Source: Octopus sinensis (lineage: Eukaryota). From it: a stretch of 64,000 nt of DNA. The notes below the pieces were generated by a model. That model saw nothing but the letters and a program-made list of their open reading frames with translations. It made no database searches and had not been told where the DNA came from. The stretch is from the NCBI RefSeq assembly GCF_006345805.1, contig NC_042999.1:126914001-126978000 (forward strand). The letters run 5' to 3'. A program made the position numbers and the translations under genes. Positions 61,999-64,000 of the stretch are shown one piece after another; the stretch's first letter is position 1, and every line of letters begins with the position of its first letter.

Positions 61999-64000
61999 TT
62001 AAAACAGGCAGTTTGTATCATAGAACTAGTGGCTTAATGAGTGAATAAGGGAAATAAATCCAAGGGAAATAAATTTAATTAAAATCATGTAAACCAATTT
62101 ACTCACAGATTCTAGCAAATGGCCATTAGTAAATTTCGTGACCAAATTTTCTCACCCATAGTAGTAGCTACATTACAAAATCTATGACATTAGCTTCACC
62201 CTTTGCAAATTTAATTTCCTCTTCTTCCCTGGTGTCTTTCACTATGAATGCTAGAATCCCCTTCAGATCCCTTCCACTACAGTGATAGATTCCTAGCTCT
62301 CAAATTCTCCCTGAACCATTCTATCTTGCTCACCTCTGGTATCCCTACTCTTCTCTGCCTCACCAAACATATCCTCATTCTCAGCAGGGTGTTCTATCAA
62401 TATGTTACTGCACCCTTGCTATTGACCAGACCTTTGATCTCCTGTCCTGTACCATCACTACTTTCCCTTCTTCTTCACTTCATGTTCTCTAATCCTGAAG
62501 AGGAGACACATAAATAAGAAACTACCGTCTGCAAATATGATTATTTTCTTTTCACATTGATCGGAATATTAGAAGTACTCAAGCCCACACAAATATATAT
62601 ACTTAGTGGATTAGTGGATCTAGTCATGCACCTTTGAGGAAGTGTGCCTATGGATCAAACAACAATCTTAGCAAACTAGCCATGTAATGTTCATGTAGAC
62701 ATTATTTTAAAGTGGTTTGTACAAAGAACTCATTGAATGGGTCATTTTGCACATTGTTTAATTGTTAGTTCTGAGTTATATTAGGAGAAACCATGGTTGC
62801 TTTTACATTGCCTATTGCTAGTCTGAACTTAATTATTATAATAATTATTCTGGCACCTCAATTATTACACCAACTCACATCTCTGCTAAGAGTACACAAA
62901 CACCATTCATATCACAGTTATTACTCATACAAAAGAATGTATATCTGCGTTAGTGACCTACAAGGAGTCTGGCTGAAGTACATTTCCATCCCACTTCTTA
63001 TACACAGCATACTCTAATTTCTCTCTAATCTAACACCTACAATCTCATCATGCCTATCTTTTATTATGCCAACATTATTAGTGGATGAGTTGAAAAATAA
63101 GCCATTTGTTGCAGTTTGTCAAGGGATTGCTTGATGACAATCACGAAAGTGCTCACATCTGAGAGCATTGCTACTTTTGCACAATAGTAACATGAAAGGT
63201 GTCAGTACTGTTAATGAAGTAAATGTTACAAATGGATGTACTGTGCTTTATGATTAATTAACAAGAATTTTACGATTGGATGCTCATCATCAATAACCAT
63301 TAACAGGGTGAAATGGATCTAGTCTGGTAAGACAGGATTAATGACCCATTCTATCCGACAGAGCCGTGTCTTTCCTGTGTGTAATGATGAAAATTGTTCT
63401 CCGAGACACATTGCCTTTTCTGAGTTTTAAGAAGACAAAGTTCATCTTTGGTCAGAAATTGAATTGTTGAAGAAGATTGGATATAAAAAAAGGGAGAGAA
63501 TCCTAACAAAAGAATAGATTGAGTAGTAGGTTCTCAGTACAATAAAAGATTATTGATATAGGTTAGTTCTTGGTGGTAACATTGGCCACTAAAAAATTAT
63601 TTAGTGACCACAGCACGAAGAAGGTGAGCTTGATTGCCTGGTGTCCACAGTAGAAAGAATAGGAAAAAGAAATGAGAGATTAATGATAGTTTGGATATAA
63701 AATCAGTACATGGTGGGCCATAGATGAATCAAAGTAAATCATTCATTTATGATATACAATCGTTATAGATGCTTATAGGTCCAGTGTCATAGCTATGGCT
63801 CTTGGAGATGGTGGGGAGGCTGATATAATTTTGGCACCCCATTGTAATTAACAGATACGACAAGTATTAGGAAATTTTGCACCCTTTCACACTTGAGCAA
63901 AAGGATGACAACCTGCTTAGTCCCTGTCCTTACAACATCTCTGTGCAATAGGAGGGAGTTCACAACCCTATTTTAAGGAACTAGAACTTATAGCTAAGAA

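Noticed and set aside
62800-63700. Decayed reverse transcriptase remnant
   Set aside because: No diagnostic motif could be read with confidence in any frame.

Overview
AT-rich, repeat-dominated eukaryotic DNA. It is most likely intronic or intergenic DNA from an octopus (coleoid cephalopod), inferred from its tRNA-derived SINE families, (CAT)n-tailed RTE retroelements and dense TA/GATA/TAA microsatellites. No intact protein-coding gene is recognisable. Most of the supplied ORFs are microsatellite artefacts, and the protein-like ones are decayed transposon genes: RTE, L1/Tx1, R4/Dong, Penelope RT plus GIY-YIG, three mariners, a maT/DD37D element, a Helitron helicase and a Gypsy-like integrase tail. 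A few short plus-strand segments with good splice signals may be exons of an unidentified host gene (low confidence). The most interesting signal is RNA-structural and consists of hammerhead ribozyme (HHR) motifs. One is a near-canonical 44-nt minimal type I HHR at 48905-48948 inside a TA-flanked fold-back element that also carries an antisense copy of its 3' half. A second HHR lies downstream of the Penelope ORF (25859-26010, minus strand) and has a (TA)n microsatellite inside its stem II loop. A CpG-decayed variant HHR sits at 28.3 kb, and HHR-like relics occur in two more fold-back elements (5.2-5.6 kb and 10.9-11.1 kb). Together these suggest a class of Penelope-derived, non-coding, retrozyme-like hairpin mini-elements. 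All folds were read by eye; no activity, expression or database search was tested.
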